A stretch of DNA of 64,000 bases, from contig CAZEEI010000003.1 in the NCBI GenBank assembly GCA_964511175.1, forward strand, positions 77,716-141,715, given 5' to 3'. Under the pieces are notes generated by a model. The model was not told the DNA's origin and ran no database searches. It worked only from the letters and a program-made list of their open reading frames with translations. Made by a program: the position numbers and the translations under genes. Positions within the stretch are counted from its first letter, which is position 1. Each line of letters starts with the position of its first letter. Below, piece by piece: positions 36,461-45,545 of this stretch. This stretch comes from an uncultured Pseudomonadales bacterium. Its GTDB lineage: Bacteria; Patescibacteriota; Microgenomatia; UBA1400; UBA1396.

Positions 36461-37576
36461 ATGGCTGACCTGCCCCAAAATGAGCCAGCGAAGGTGAAGT
36501 CCACGACGGTCGCTGAGCCGTTGGATCCACTGATCCAGGAAGAGATCGACGAACTGCAAAAGCGGATCGCCGGTGCTGGTTTGCCGGAGGGGTTAAGTTT
36601 CAAGATCGAGCGCATGATGCGCCACTTGATGCGGGCGGCGCGCAGTCAGGCCTATTCGGAAGAGCTGGAGCGCACGTCTAAGTACATCGAGTGGTGTTCC
36701 CAGGTGCCCTGGGATAAGTTAACCCAAGACAATCTGGATATTGAGAACGCTAAGAAAATCCTCGAATCCCACCACTATGGCATGCAGGATATTAAGGACC
36801 GTATTCTGGAGTATGTGGCGATTCTTAATTTCCAGCAGCAACAGACTGGTGCTGACCGGGAGGATATTCGCGCGCCAATTCTGCTTTTGGTGGGCTTGGT
36901 TGGTACCGGTAAAACGACCTTTGCTTATTCGATTGCCGAAGCCTTGAACCGGGAGATTGTGCGTGTTCCCTTTGGTGGTATGGGTTCGGCTCGCGACTTG
37001 CGGGGCGAATCTCGTTTACACCTGGAAGCCGAGCCTGGACTAATTATTAAGGGTCTGACCCAGGCCAAGTCGCGCAACCCCGTGATGCTACTGGATGAAA
37101 TCGACCGCGTAGCTGCCGAAACACGCATGGACATTATGGGCGTGCTGGTCGAGTTGCTGGATCCCACCCAGAACAAACAATTCACCGATCATTACTTAGA
37201 TTATCCCGTCGACCTGTCTCAGGTTCTGTTTATTGCCACCGCCAACAACACGCGCGATATCGCCACTGCCGTGTATGACCGCATGGAACATTTGGATATG
37301 CCTTCTTACACCGACGAAGAAAAGATCGTCATTGCCAAGCGCTACACCATGCCCCAATTGCTCAAGGAAGCGGGTATGCCGCCGGAAGCGATTATTTTGG
37401 CTGATGATGTTTGGATCCGAATGGTGCGCCCGCTCGGTTTTGACGCCGGTATCCGTACTTTGGAGCGCACCCTCAAAAACGTAGTGTCTAAATCCGCGCG
37501 GTTGATGGTGGAGCGCAAGATTAAGCAGGTGGTAATTACCCAGGAAAACGTTAAATACTTTGTGCCCAGTTATTAA
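36461..37576 (+). CDS. Lon-like AAA+ ATPase lacking the N-terminal substrate domain and the protease domain
   Basis: Collinear with residues ~290-600 of the lon gene in this window. HYGMQDIKDRILEYVAIL vs HYGLDKVKERILEHLAVL. Walker A GLVGTGKTT, Walker B MLLDEIDR. ...LIIKGLTQAKSRNPV vs ...RIIQGITQAKTKNPV. Ends after the alpha-helical AAA+ lid with no S-K dyad region. Confidence 0.65.
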   Translation: MADLPQNEPAKVKSTTVAEPLDPLIQEEIDELQKRIAGAGLPEGLSFKIERMMRHLMRAARSQAYSEELERTSKYIEWCSQVPWDKLTQDNLDIENAKKILESHHYGMQDIKDRILEYVAILNFQQQQTGADREDIRAPILLLVGLVGTGKTTFAYSIAEALNREIVRVPFGGMGSARDLRGESRLHLEAEPGLIIKGLTQAKSRNPVMLLDEIDRVAAETRMDIMGVLVELLDPTQNKQFTDHYLDYPVDLSQVLFIATANNTRDIATAVYDRMEHLDMPSYTDEEKIVIAKRYTMPQLLKEAGMPPEAIILADDVWIRMVRPLGFDAGIRTLERTLKNVVSKSARLMVERKIKQVVITQENVKYFVPSY

Positions 37577-37638
37577 GTTTCGTACAAAATGCCAAAAAGC
37601 GGTTTTTGATATATGTCCAAACGTAATACAATGCGTCC

Positions 37639-38349
37639 ATGGCAACATTTTTGTTTTCTGTAATAGTGCCGGTTTATAATGAAGAGAAGCTTCTTCCGGC
37701 TTGTTTGCGTTCACTTTTGGCGCAAAATTTTCCCCGCGATCAGTTTGAAGTGATTGTGGTTGATAATAACTCCAGCGATAACTCAGCCAAGGTGGCCAAG
37801 ACCTTCCCGGTACGTTTGGTAGAAGCGTCCCAACAAGGTATCGTGGCAGCCCGCGACGCTGGGGCCAAACACAGCCGCGGTGCTATTTTGATCAACTTGG
37901 ACGCCGACTGCCGCGCGCCAACCGATTATCTCCTGCGTGTGGCGGAGCACTTTGCTGCCCGACCGGAATTAATGGCACTGACCGGGCCTTACCGCATGCC
38001 GCGGCCAGATTGGACGGTACGGTGGATTACCAGATTGATGGTTTTTGGCGAAAAGTTATTTGGCAAAAGCGTTGCTTACTGGGGCGGCAACTTTGCGGTA
38101 CGTAAAACAGCGTGGCAAAAAGTGGGTGGTTACGATCCGCGTTTTCCCCGGAGTGATCAGTTGTCCCTGCTTTATCGTTTAAATCGCATCGGTGTGACCA
38201 GTTTTGACCCCCAGCTAATGATTGACAGTTCACCGCGCCGGCAGCAGCGCCCGTTGAAATTTTTACTGGAAGGGTTGTCTTATTTTGTGGACATGATTAC
38301 CGTCCGTTTGTGGGGTAAGTCGGTGCTACGTTGGGAAGACATTCGCTAA
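37639..38349 (+). CDS. family-2 glycosyltransferase
   Basis: FSVIVPVYNEEKLL...EVIVVDNNSSDNS (GT-A N-terminal signature with DxD-type region). Confidence 0.8.
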   Translation: MATFLFSVIVPVYNEEKLLPACLRSLLAQNFPRDQFEVIVVDNNSSDNSAKVAKTFPVRLVEASQQGIVAARDAGAKHSRGAILINLDADCRAPTDYLLRVAEHFAARPELMALTGPYRMPRPDWTVRWITRLMVFGEKLFGKSVAYWGGNFAVRKTAWQKVGGYDPRFPRSDQLSLLYRLNRIGVTSFDPQLMIDSSPRRQQRPLKFLLEGLSYFVDMITVRLWGKSVLRWEDIR

Positions 38350-38371
38350 ACAGGCATAGTACAATGGGGGC

Positions 38372-38998
38372 GTGAATAAAACTGAGGCCCACCAAGCACT
38401 ACTCCGCAAAATGGAGAGCTTGGCCGGCAAGCTACCTCTTTGCGAGAAAGCGGCAGATATTGTGCTTGGTCAAGGCAACTTAGATGCCGAAGTGATGTTT
38501 ATCGGCGAAGCCCCTGGCGAAAATGAAGCGATTCAACGTATCCCGTTCGTAGGGCGGGCGGGCCAACTGCTGAATCGCACCCTGACTGAATATAAAATGA
38601 AGCGGGAAGACACGTACGTTTCCAACATCGTTAAGGCCCGCCCGCCCGGCAACCGCGATCCGGAACCGGACGAAATCGCTGCTTATCTTCCTTTTCTTCT
38701 CGAGGAAATCGCCATCGTCCAACCCAAATTATTTGTTTCGCTGGGTCGCTTTTCGCTCAACTTCTTTTTGCCGGATGCTAAAATCAGCGCCGTCCACGGC
38801 GTTCTCCAGCGCTTTTGGTGGCAGGATCAAATTACCTACCTTTTGCCGCAGTATCACCCAGCAGCAGCGCTACGCGGCACCAACGTGCTCAACGCTTTTC
38901 GCGCCGATATTGCTAAGATACCTAAGGCGTTGGCCTACGCCCGCACCCACCAATCACACGATCAAGAAGTACGGAAAGTGAAAAACGCATTATTATGA
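38372..38998 (+). CDS. uracil-DNA glycosylase, family 4-like
   Basis: Motif A FIGEAPGENEA, downstream PFVGRAGQLL and motif B YHPAAALRG, as in family-4 UDGs. Confidence 0.75.
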   Translation: MNKTEAHQALLRKMESLAGKLPLCEKAADIVLGQGNLDAEVMFIGEAPGENEAIQRIPFVGRAGQLLNRTLTEYKMKREDTYVSNIVKARPPGNRDPEPDEIAAYLPFLLEEIAIVQPKLFVSLGRFSLNFFLPDAKISAVHGVLQRFWWQDQITYLLPQYHPAAALRGTNVLNAFRADIAKIPKALAYARTHQSHDQEVRKVKNALL

Positions 38999-39007
38999 AG
39001 GAGAGCT

Positions 39008-40378
39008 ATGCTTAAAATTTTTCCCATGGGCGGGATCGGTGGTGTCACCAAAAATATGTTTGTTTACGAACTGGATCAGGATTTACTCGTGGTTGACTGC
39101 GGTATCGGTTTTCCTGATGTGACGATGCCGGACGTTGATTTTTTAATTCCAGACGTTAATTATTTGCAGGGACGTTTGCAGCAGGGTGCCAAACTGCACG
39201 GTATCGTGTTGACCCACGGCCACGATGACCATATCGCTGCCTTGCCTTATATTTTGCCGGAACTACAAGTGGATGTCCCCATTTATGGTTCGCCGCTGAC
39301 CGCCGAGTTTGCTATGAGCCGTTTGGCCGATCGGGGTGTGGAGCACGAAGTGATTCCTTTTGACGAAGGCAGGATTCGTCTGGGACCTTTTGAAATTGAA
39401 ACAATCCGCGTTACCCACTCGGTGCCGGATTCCCGTCACTTAGTCATCCGGACGCCAGCCGGTACCGTTTACCATGGTTCCGACTTTAAGATCGACTTAA
39501 CGCCTATTGACGGCCGCAGCATGGATTTACAGCGGATTGCCGAAGTTGGCCGGGAGGGTATTGATTGCGCGCTCCTAGATTGTTTGCGGATTGAACGCCG
39601 CGATCCTAGTTTGTCGGAAGCGGTGGTGGGCCCAGCCCTGCGCCGGGAAATGTATGGCGTGGAAGGTTGCGTTTTTGTGACCTTAATGAGTTCCAGCCTG
39701 CACCGTGTGCAGCAGGTGATTAATACCGCCGCCGAATTTGGACGCAAAGTAACCTTCATTGGCCGTTCGGTCGAACAAAACGTCAACACCGCCATGAGCA
39801 TGGGGATACTCAACTTTCCTGCCAACGTCAAACTCAACAAACGCAACCTGGAGAAAGTGCCGTCCAACGAACTATGCATCATCATTGCCGGCAGCCAGGG
39901 ACAACCAGGTTCCTCGCTGGTGCGGGCGGTGAGCGGCGAGCACCGTTATATTTCGTTAGAGCACGGTGATAAAGTGATTTTTTCTTCCGAGCCGATTCCT
40001 GGCAGTGAGAGCGACGTTTACCACACCATTAACGAAATAGCCAAACAGGGTGTGGAAGTGGTTTACTCGGACATCGAAGATGACCTGCACGTTTCCGGTC
40101 ACGCTGGCGCTTACGAACAGATGCTCATGGTTCAACTCCTGCGGCCCAATTTTATTTTCCCCATTGGCGGCGAAGAGCGGCACCGTGTGCAGTTCCAGAA
40201 AGTAGTTAGCCAACATGGTTACCCCTCAACTAAAGTGGTGGTACCCCGTTACGGCCGCATTGTTGAACTGGAGCGCGGCAGTTTCCGTTATGGTGAAACG
40301 GTGCCACTGAGAGAGCGGAAGATGAAGCAAGAGAGGGACGAAGTGGTGGCGTTGACGGATTTGCCGCCACGAGGGTAG
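39008..40378 (+). CDS. metallo-beta-lactamase/beta-CASP ribonuclease (RNase J-like)
   Basis: VLTHGHDDHIAALPYI (HxHxDH zinc motif), later His/Asp ligands (HGSDF, HVSGHA) and the beta-CASP layout. Confidence 0.75.
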   Translation: MLKIFPMGGIGGVTKNMFVYELDQDLLVVDCGIGFPDVTMPDVDFLIPDVNYLQGRLQQGAKLHGIVLTHGHDDHIAALPYILPELQVDVPIYGSPLTAEFAMSRLADRGVEHEVIPFDEGRIRLGPFEIETIRVTHSVPDSRHLVIRTPAGTVYHGSDFKIDLTPIDGRSMDLQRIAEVGREGIDCALLDCLRIERRDPSLSEAVVGPALRREMYGVEGCVFVTLMSSSLHRVQQVINTAAEFGRKVTFIGRSVEQNVNTAMSMGILNFPANVKLNKRNLEKVPSNELCIIIAGSQGQPGSSLVRAVSGEHRYISLEHGDKVIFSSEPIPGSESDVYHTINEIAKQGVEVVYSDIEDDLHVSGHAGAYEQMLMVQLLRPNFIFPIGGEERHRVQFQKVVSQHGYPSTKVVVPRYGRIVELERGSFRYGETVPLRERKMKQERDEVVALTDLPPRG

Positions 40379-40380
40379 TT

Positions 40381-41103
40381 ATGGTACGCAAGATTAATGC
40401 TTATCAGTTGAATCCTGAGCTGCATGCCAAGCTGGGACAGCAAATCGGTTCGGCCACTAAACCAGATCAAATTCTTGATATTCTTCAGCGCGAAGGTTAC
40501 CCGCTTAAAGAAGGAACAAAAGCCGTTCTAGAGGCAGCCGACCGATTATTTAGCAATCATGCTTCATTGCCGTTACTACAAAAGTTTACCCTTAATGGTC
40601 AAACATACGTTCTCCGTTATTATTTAGATGTTGCTCCAGTGGGGAATGTTTATCCAAAAGAATGGAATGCCGATCCAAGAGAAAGGACTAGTATCTATCT
40701 ATCGGTAGTGTATGGTTCCGGACACAATTTGCCACCCATGTCGGGTGCTTTCGATACTAAACTGAGATATAACGAAATTGCCGTGCGTAAATGGACGCCT
40801 GATTTTTCTCAAAAAGGTAAAGTAGCAATTTCCAGTGTTTCCAGTTCACGGCCCAATTATGGCGGGCAAGGATTTTCTTTGGCTCTGGGTTTGTTAAGTA
40901 ATATCTTAATCAGAGATTGTATGCAGCGGCGAATGTTTAAGGGTTGCCAAAAAGTTAAAGCCACGATCGCTGATCTATCTAATCGTCTGGGCTGGTCAAC
41001 TAATTTGGCACTTATGCTGGGTTTTGGAGAACCGCCGAAGTCGTCGGAGCCGTTTTATCATGATTTTGAAAGTATTTTTGACGTTCCTGCTGACCAGCAA
41101 TAA
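40381..41103 (+). CDS. hypothetical protein (240 aa), start 3 nt after the RNase J stop
   Basis: ORF tightly coupled to the RNase J-like gene. No motif. Confidence 0.45.
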   Translation: MVRKINAYQLNPELHAKLGQQIGSATKPDQILDILQREGYPLKEGTKAVLEAADRLFSNHASLPLLQKFTLNGQTYVLRYYLDVAPVGNVYPKEWNADPRERTSIYLSVVYGSGHNLPPMSGAFDTKLRYNEIAVRKWTPDFSQKGKVAISSVSSSRPNYGGQGFSLALGLLSNILIRDCMQRRMFKGCQKVKATIADLSNRLGWSTNLALMLGFGEPPKSSEPFYHDFESIFDVPADQQ

Positions 41104-41105
41104 GA

Positions 41106-41828
41106 TCACGTAGTTAGTTCAATCACCGGTGTCCGACACAAGTGTCCGTGCCGCTTCAGCCAGCCGCGGCGAACGCGGAAATCCGGATCGTGTTGTTCCA
41201 CCAGTTGCCAAAAATTAGCCGAATGATTAAGGTGGGTACGGTGCGCCAGCTCGTGAATAACCACGTAGCGCATCACCAGCAGCGGGACGTGAGCCAGCCG
41301 CCAGTTGAGTGTAATCGCGCCGTGGTTGGTACAACTTCCCCAACGTGAAGCGGTGTCGCGGAAGCGCAGAGTCGGTACGGCGACGACCATTTTTTGGGCA
41401 TACTCGATTAGTAGCGGTGTAGCGTGTTCACTAGCCTTAGTTTTGAGCCAGCGTTCCAGTTGTTGAGTGGCCGACTCCACCGTAAACGTGACGGGATAAA
41501 TATGGAGAATACTTGCTGTGTCGGCAAACACCCGGTCAGATGGCGCGGCTGGCGTGTTGTATAGCTGGAGACGGTGCAGTTTACCCAGGTAAAACATCGA
41601 ATTGGGGGGTAGTGAGCCGTGGCGTTCTAGCTGACTTTGGATCCAAGCGGCTTGTTGTTGTAAAAAGGATTCGATTACACCCCGTCGAACATAGCGGGGG
41701 GTGGCCAGACGCAGGCCTTTTTTAGTGAGGCTAAGCCGAATGTTGCGGGCGATTGGTGAAGTTACCCAATTCAACTCGCAGTCCTGGCCATTGGGTAAAG
41801 TAAAGGTGATGATTTGGCTTTTAGTCAT
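41106..41828 (-). CDS. YgjP/DUF45-family metal-dependent hydrolase (SprT/M48-like HExxH)
   Basis: YVVIHELAHRTHLNHSANFWQLVEQHDPDF...RRGWLKRHG is the DUF45 signature block (HEL.H....NHs..FW..v....P). Confidence 0.7.
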   Translation of the reverse strand: MTKSQIITFTLPNGQDCELNWVTSPIARNIRLSLTKKGLRLATPRYVRRGVIESFLQQQAAWIQSQLERHGSLPPNSMFYLGKLHRLQLYNTPAAPSDRVFADTASILHIYPVTFTVESATQQLERWLKTKASEHATPLLIEYAQKMVVAVPTLRFRDTASRWGSCTNHGAITLNWRLAHVPLLVMRYVVIHELAHRTHLNHSANFWQLVEQHDPDFRVRRGWLKRHGHLCRTPVIELTT

Positions 41829-41886
41829 CGTGGCGTAAATGGTACCACAACCAGCTGGGGGAATCCGGTATAATAGCCGAGTTAAA

Positions 41887-41971
41887 GGAGGTGTCGCCTA
41901 GTGGCCGATGGCAGCGGGTTGCTAACCCGCGACTCGAAAGGGTCACGTGAGTTCAAATCTCACCACCTCCG
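41887..41971 (+). tRNA. tRNA-Ser (anticodon GCU), long variable arm
   Basis: Manual fold gives acceptor GGAGGTG/CACCTCC, D-arm GCCTAGTGGCCGATGGC, anticodon loop TT-GCT-AA, long variable arm GACTCGAAAGGGTCAC and T-arm GTGAGTTCAAATCTCAC. Confidence 0.8.
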
Positions 41972-42022
41972 CAAAACGAACATAAATGTGATAAACTCAA
42001 AACGTTAGTCAAATGGTTAAAA

Positions 42023-42331
42023 TTGAGCCAGGAGAAAAAAGCTATGTCTGAAACTAAAGTAGATGAATTATCAGATGAACAACTTGGTGCAATGGTCGAA
42101 CGAATAAAGGCGCAGGTGCCTTCTGATACTGGAGTCAAACAAGAGATTTTTACACCTATTAATAGGGCTGGATCAGTTACACCAGTAGACAGTCCGCCGT
42201 TAAGACCAACTCAAAATTTCGGATTGAGGGGTGATGCTAGTCGGGTTCAGTGGGATGTATCTCCCAGTGGTGCAGATATGCCTGGACTTACTAATGTTGA
42301 TCCTGAAGAAGATGCCGCAAATCAGGAATAA
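42023..42331 (+). CDS. hypothetical small protein (102 aa)
   Basis: First ORF after tRNA-Ser. RBS GGAGAAAAAAGCTATG. No motif. Confidence 0.35.
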   Translation: MSQEKKAMSETKVDELSDEQLGAMVERIKAQVPSDTGVKQEIFTPINRAGSVTPVDSPPLRPTQNFGLRGDASRVQWDVSPSGADMPGLTNVDPEEDAANQE

Positions 42332-42371
42332 GTGTTTCTTCATAAGTATGTAATAAGAAAAAGGAACCAGC

Positions 42372-42929
42372 ATGTCAAGCGAATCAAATAGTCGGTTTTA
42401 TACGCGGTTTATAAATAGATTTAGAAGAAGGTCGGAAGCAGCTATTAATAAAACAGCTCCAACGCCGGAAGAAAATAATCAAAAGAAGTGTGGCTTAGAC
42501 GTTAATGGATACATTCATCTTTTACCATACCCTTACTTTTTTCCGCATACAGCCTCTATGGAAAATGATCGGAAACAATTCCAGAGGGCTATGTCAAAAA
42601 TCCGACAACTACCTGGCATGTCAAAACTACGCGGCATTATCAATGATAGCTACCCAAAAACTCATCCGCTCCACAAAATTGATTTTGATACCTCTCAAGT
42701 TTTAGTAGAGTCCCCCAAACAGTCAGAATATAAAGAGAAATCGACAATATGGTTGGATACAGAAGGGTATGCTCTTGGCATTGAGGGACTTTACCCCGAT
42801 CTAAGCGAAGAAGATATTGAGGCTATTATCCCAATGATTGCTGTTCAATTATCGAAACAGCTTCCAGAGCATAAAATCAAAGGAATAAAATTCATGAGTG
42901 GTAAAAAGATCTCTTTTGACGATCTTTGA
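42372..42929 (+). CDS. hypothetical protein (185 aa)
   Basis: ORF in the AT-rich island. RBS AGGAAC. No motif. Confidence 0.4.
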   Translation: MSSESNSRFYTRFINRFRRRSEAAINKTAPTPEENNQKKCGLDVNGYIHLLPYPYFFPHTASMENDRKQFQRAMSKIRQLPGMSKLRGIINDSYPKTHPLHKIDFDTSQVLVESPKQSEYKEKSTIWLDTEGYALGIEGLYPDLSEEDIEAIIPMIAVQLSKQLPEHKIKGIKFMSGKKISFDDL

Positions 42930-42987
42930 GTTCTAACTGCGTCTCAGCCCGCTCACAGTTATTTATACCCAAGCATATAATGTAACT

Positions 42988-43404
42988 ATGAACCAAGACG
43001 AAGGGCTTCTCTTACCAGGTCATATCGGTAAACTGCAAAGAGCGGGCGTCACGCTTAAGGATAATTCGGAGGTTGGTTTGGGGAAACTCCTCGCGGAACA
43101 CGCGCCACTGGTTTTTACCATTCTGCTTGATGAAATTCGCAACGCACTATTCAGCGCTAATCCTGCCAATGTAGAGACGTATCAGAAAGAAAATCCTAAC
43201 AGTCCTGACACCCAAAATTATATAAAGATGGCGGCCGATTCACTCGCCAAAATCCGTCGGCTGATCCCTATTGTGACGAAATTCATGGCTAACACACCAG
43301 CCGATTCGGACGAAAAACAAAAACTTCAGCAAGAAGTCGACGGATTGAAAGGTAAACTTGAAAATTGGCAGGCGCGGCTAGATGCCATTTCGCCAAAATT
43401 ATGA
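42988..43404 (+). CDS. hypothetical protein (138 aa) with C-terminal coiled-coil
   Basis: ORF ending in a heptad-like stretch KQKLQQEVDGLKGKLENWQARLDAI. Confidence 0.4.
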   Translation: MNQDEGLLLPGHIGKLQRAGVTLKDNSEVGLGKLLAEHAPLVFTILLDEIRNALFSANPANVETYQKENPNSPDTQNYIKMAADSLAKIRRLIPIVTKFMANTPADSDEKQKLQQEVDGLKGKLENWQARLDAISPKL

Positions 43405-43430
43405 CGGGTTGGTCAGAGTACAATAGACCT

Positions 43431-45215
43431 ATGTTTTCGGCCGGCAAAAAAATACTGTTGTTTATCTTGGTTTTTTGTTTCGGGATGTCTTGGTTGGTTT
43501 TTCCCGTCCGCGCCGCCGAACAAATCAGTCTTTTTACTAGCGAAATTACGGTTAATCGGGACACTTCGATTACCATTCAGGAAACCATTCGCTACACTAC
43601 TACCGAAGCCAAGCACGGTATTTACCGCTATATTCCGGTTCGCTACAGCGATCATGGCCTCAACTACACCGCTAAAATTCGCGACATTACCGTTCGGGAC
43701 GAAAATGGTCAAGCCATGCCTTTCTCCCGTTCTTATGACGCCGGCAACGTTGTTCTAAAAATTGGCGACGCCGATGTTACCTTTACCGGTGATAAAACTT
43801 ACGTTCTATCCTATTTGGTCGAAAATGCGGTCAACCAAGTCGTTGATGCTGAAACCAAACAGTCTTTCCCCCAACTTTATTGGGACATAACGGGCGAGGG
43901 GTGGCAGATTGCCATCGCCAGTACCAGTGCCACGGTTCAATCTCCCCACGCGGCCATTAAGCGGGTTGCCTGTTATGCTGGTGCCTATGGCGCTGATAAC
44001 GGCCGGTGCCAAGCTGTTCAGGATACAGCCCAGCAAGCTAGTTTCACCTATACTTTGCCGATTACTTACGGCGACAATGTAACCGTAGCTATCGCATTGG
44101 ATTCGGACGGACAGATCATTTTTCCGGGACGACTACAAATTTTAGGAAAACAAATTAGGGATAATCTAGGGCTGTTACCCCTTTTGCTACCCGGTCTAGT
44201 GATGTTTGTTTGGTGGTGGAAAAAGGGTCGGGATCGGGTTTTTGCGTCTTGGAACGTGTTTAATTCTGATGAAAAACGCCCGCAACATCTGGCCCCGCTT
44301 TTGTTGCGGCGCAATATTCCGCTGGTTTACGAGCCAATTCAAGGGCTGACACCCGGGGAAGCGGGAGGCATTTTGGACGAAAAGGTTGATCTCCAAGATA
44401 TCATTGCGGAGATTATCGATTTAGCTAGGTTGAAGTGTTTATCAGTCGAGCGCTTGGAAAAGAAAAAGCTGCTTGGCACAGAAACCGATTATCTTCTCCG
44501 GAAACTACCCCAAACGAAAGTGCTGTTAAGTACCCACCAGCAGTACTTATTAGATCATTTGTTCGAGGGTAAAGCGGAAGTTAAGCTCTCCAATCTGAAG
44601 GGCAAGTTTTACACCCACATTGATAAGCTCCGCCAACTTATTTTTCAGTCTCTGCTGGAGAAGAAATTATTTGTCAGCCAGCCGCAGACTACCCGTGGTT
44701 GGGCCTTGGCTGTGGCGATAATGATGTCGATTATTCTTTTTGGTTGGTGCAGTTATCTGGCTAATCAGGGTATTTGGTTAGCCATCCCAATTTACGTTAT
44801 TTCGGTTCTACTGGCTCTACTCTTGGCCTACAACCTACCGGCTAAAACTGCCAAAGGTTACAACTACAGCCAGCAGGCCAAAGGACTGCGGCGCACGATT
44901 CAATATGGAGCGTGGCGGGAAAAAATTAAGGAGAAACATCTTTTTATTGAGGAAGTTTTGCCTTTCGCGGTGGCTTTTGGGGTAGTAAATAAATTAAGCC
45001 AGGATATGGCCGACCTCCAACTGAAACCGCCTGACTACCTGGGTACTAGTACCCTCAATGGTTGGACAACCGCCAGTTTTGTGCGTTCCTTTACGGCCAA
45101 CGCGACCGCAACGCTGGCCTACAACCCTTCTTCTTCCAGTCGCAGTTCCGGCTCCGGTTTTTCGGGTGGCTTTTCGGGTGGGGGTGGTGGGGGTGGTGGG
45201 GGTGGTAGTTGGTAG
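43431..45215 (+). CDS. DUF2207-like membrane protein (signal/TM, extracytoplasmic domain, TM block, poly-Gly C-terminus)
   Basis: N-terminal hydrophobic segment, ~230-aa soluble domain, several TM helices and a tail GSGFSGGFSGGGGGGGGGGSW typical of DUF2207 proteins. Start chosen at Met 43431. Confidence 0.55.
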   Translation: MFSAGKKILLFILVFCFGMSWLVFPVRAAEQISLFTSEITVNRDTSITIQETIRYTTTEAKHGIYRYIPVRYSDHGLNYTAKIRDITVRDENGQAMPFSRSYDAGNVVLKIGDADVTFTGDKTYVLSYLVENAVNQVVDAETKQSFPQLYWDITGEGWQIAIASTSATVQSPHAAIKRVACYAGAYGADNGRCQAVQDTAQQASFTYTLPITYGDNVTVAIALDSDGQIIFPGRLQILGKQIRDNLGLLPLLLPGLVMFVWWWKKGRDRVFASWNVFNSDEKRPQHLAPLLLRRNIPLVYEPIQGLTPGEAGGILDEKVDLQDIIAEIIDLARLKCLSVERLEKKKLLGTETDYLLRKLPQTKVLLSTHQQYLLDHLFEGKAEVKLSNLKGKFYTHIDKLRQLIFQSLLEKKLFVSQPQTTRGWALAVAIMMSIILFGWCSYLANQGIWLAIPIYVISVLLALLLAYNLPAKTAKGYNYSQQAKGLRRTIQYGAWREKIKEKHLFIEEVLPFAVAFGVVNKLSQDMADLQLKPPDYLGTSTLNGWTTASFVRSFTANATATLAYNPSSSSRSSGSGFSGGFSGGGGGGGGGGSW

Positions 45216-45278
45216 TCCGGCCTGATTCTGCCGGATAGTGTAAAATGCAGATTTATCTATTTTAAGGGGGGGATAAAT

Positions 45279-45545
45279 ATGTCATTTTTCGATGAAACCG
45301 AACTTGATACAGATGTTTCTGGCGAATACGCCGCGCACTCAACTAGGCCAAAATCAATTACCGAGCTACTTTCTTTTGAAGGTCTTGGGGCAGAAGTTAA
45401 TGATCAGGATCAAATAGTTACTGTTTCGCGTCAAGCAATCTGGGCTAGTCCGGACTGGGTCGGTATTTTTGCCTGTATCGACTGGATTCATAGTAATACT
45501 ATTTGGAAAGTACGTTATCAAGAAGACCAAGGCGCTACCCGCTAA
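45279..45545 (+). CDS. hypothetical small protein (88 aa)
   Basis: ORF with RBS GGGGGG-n7-ATG. Overlaps the next ORF by 43 nt. Confidence 0.3.
   Translation: MSFFDETELDTDVSGEYAAHSTRPKSITELLSFEGLGAEVNDQDQIVTVSRQAIWASPDWVGIFACIDWIHSNTIWKVRYQEDQGATR

Noticed and set aside
45150-45215. Short-period GGT/GGG repeat (ggtgggggtggtgggggtggt)
   Set aside because: It encodes the poly-Gly C-terminal tail of the DUF2207-like protein. It is a coding low-complexity stretch, not a spacer-repeat array.
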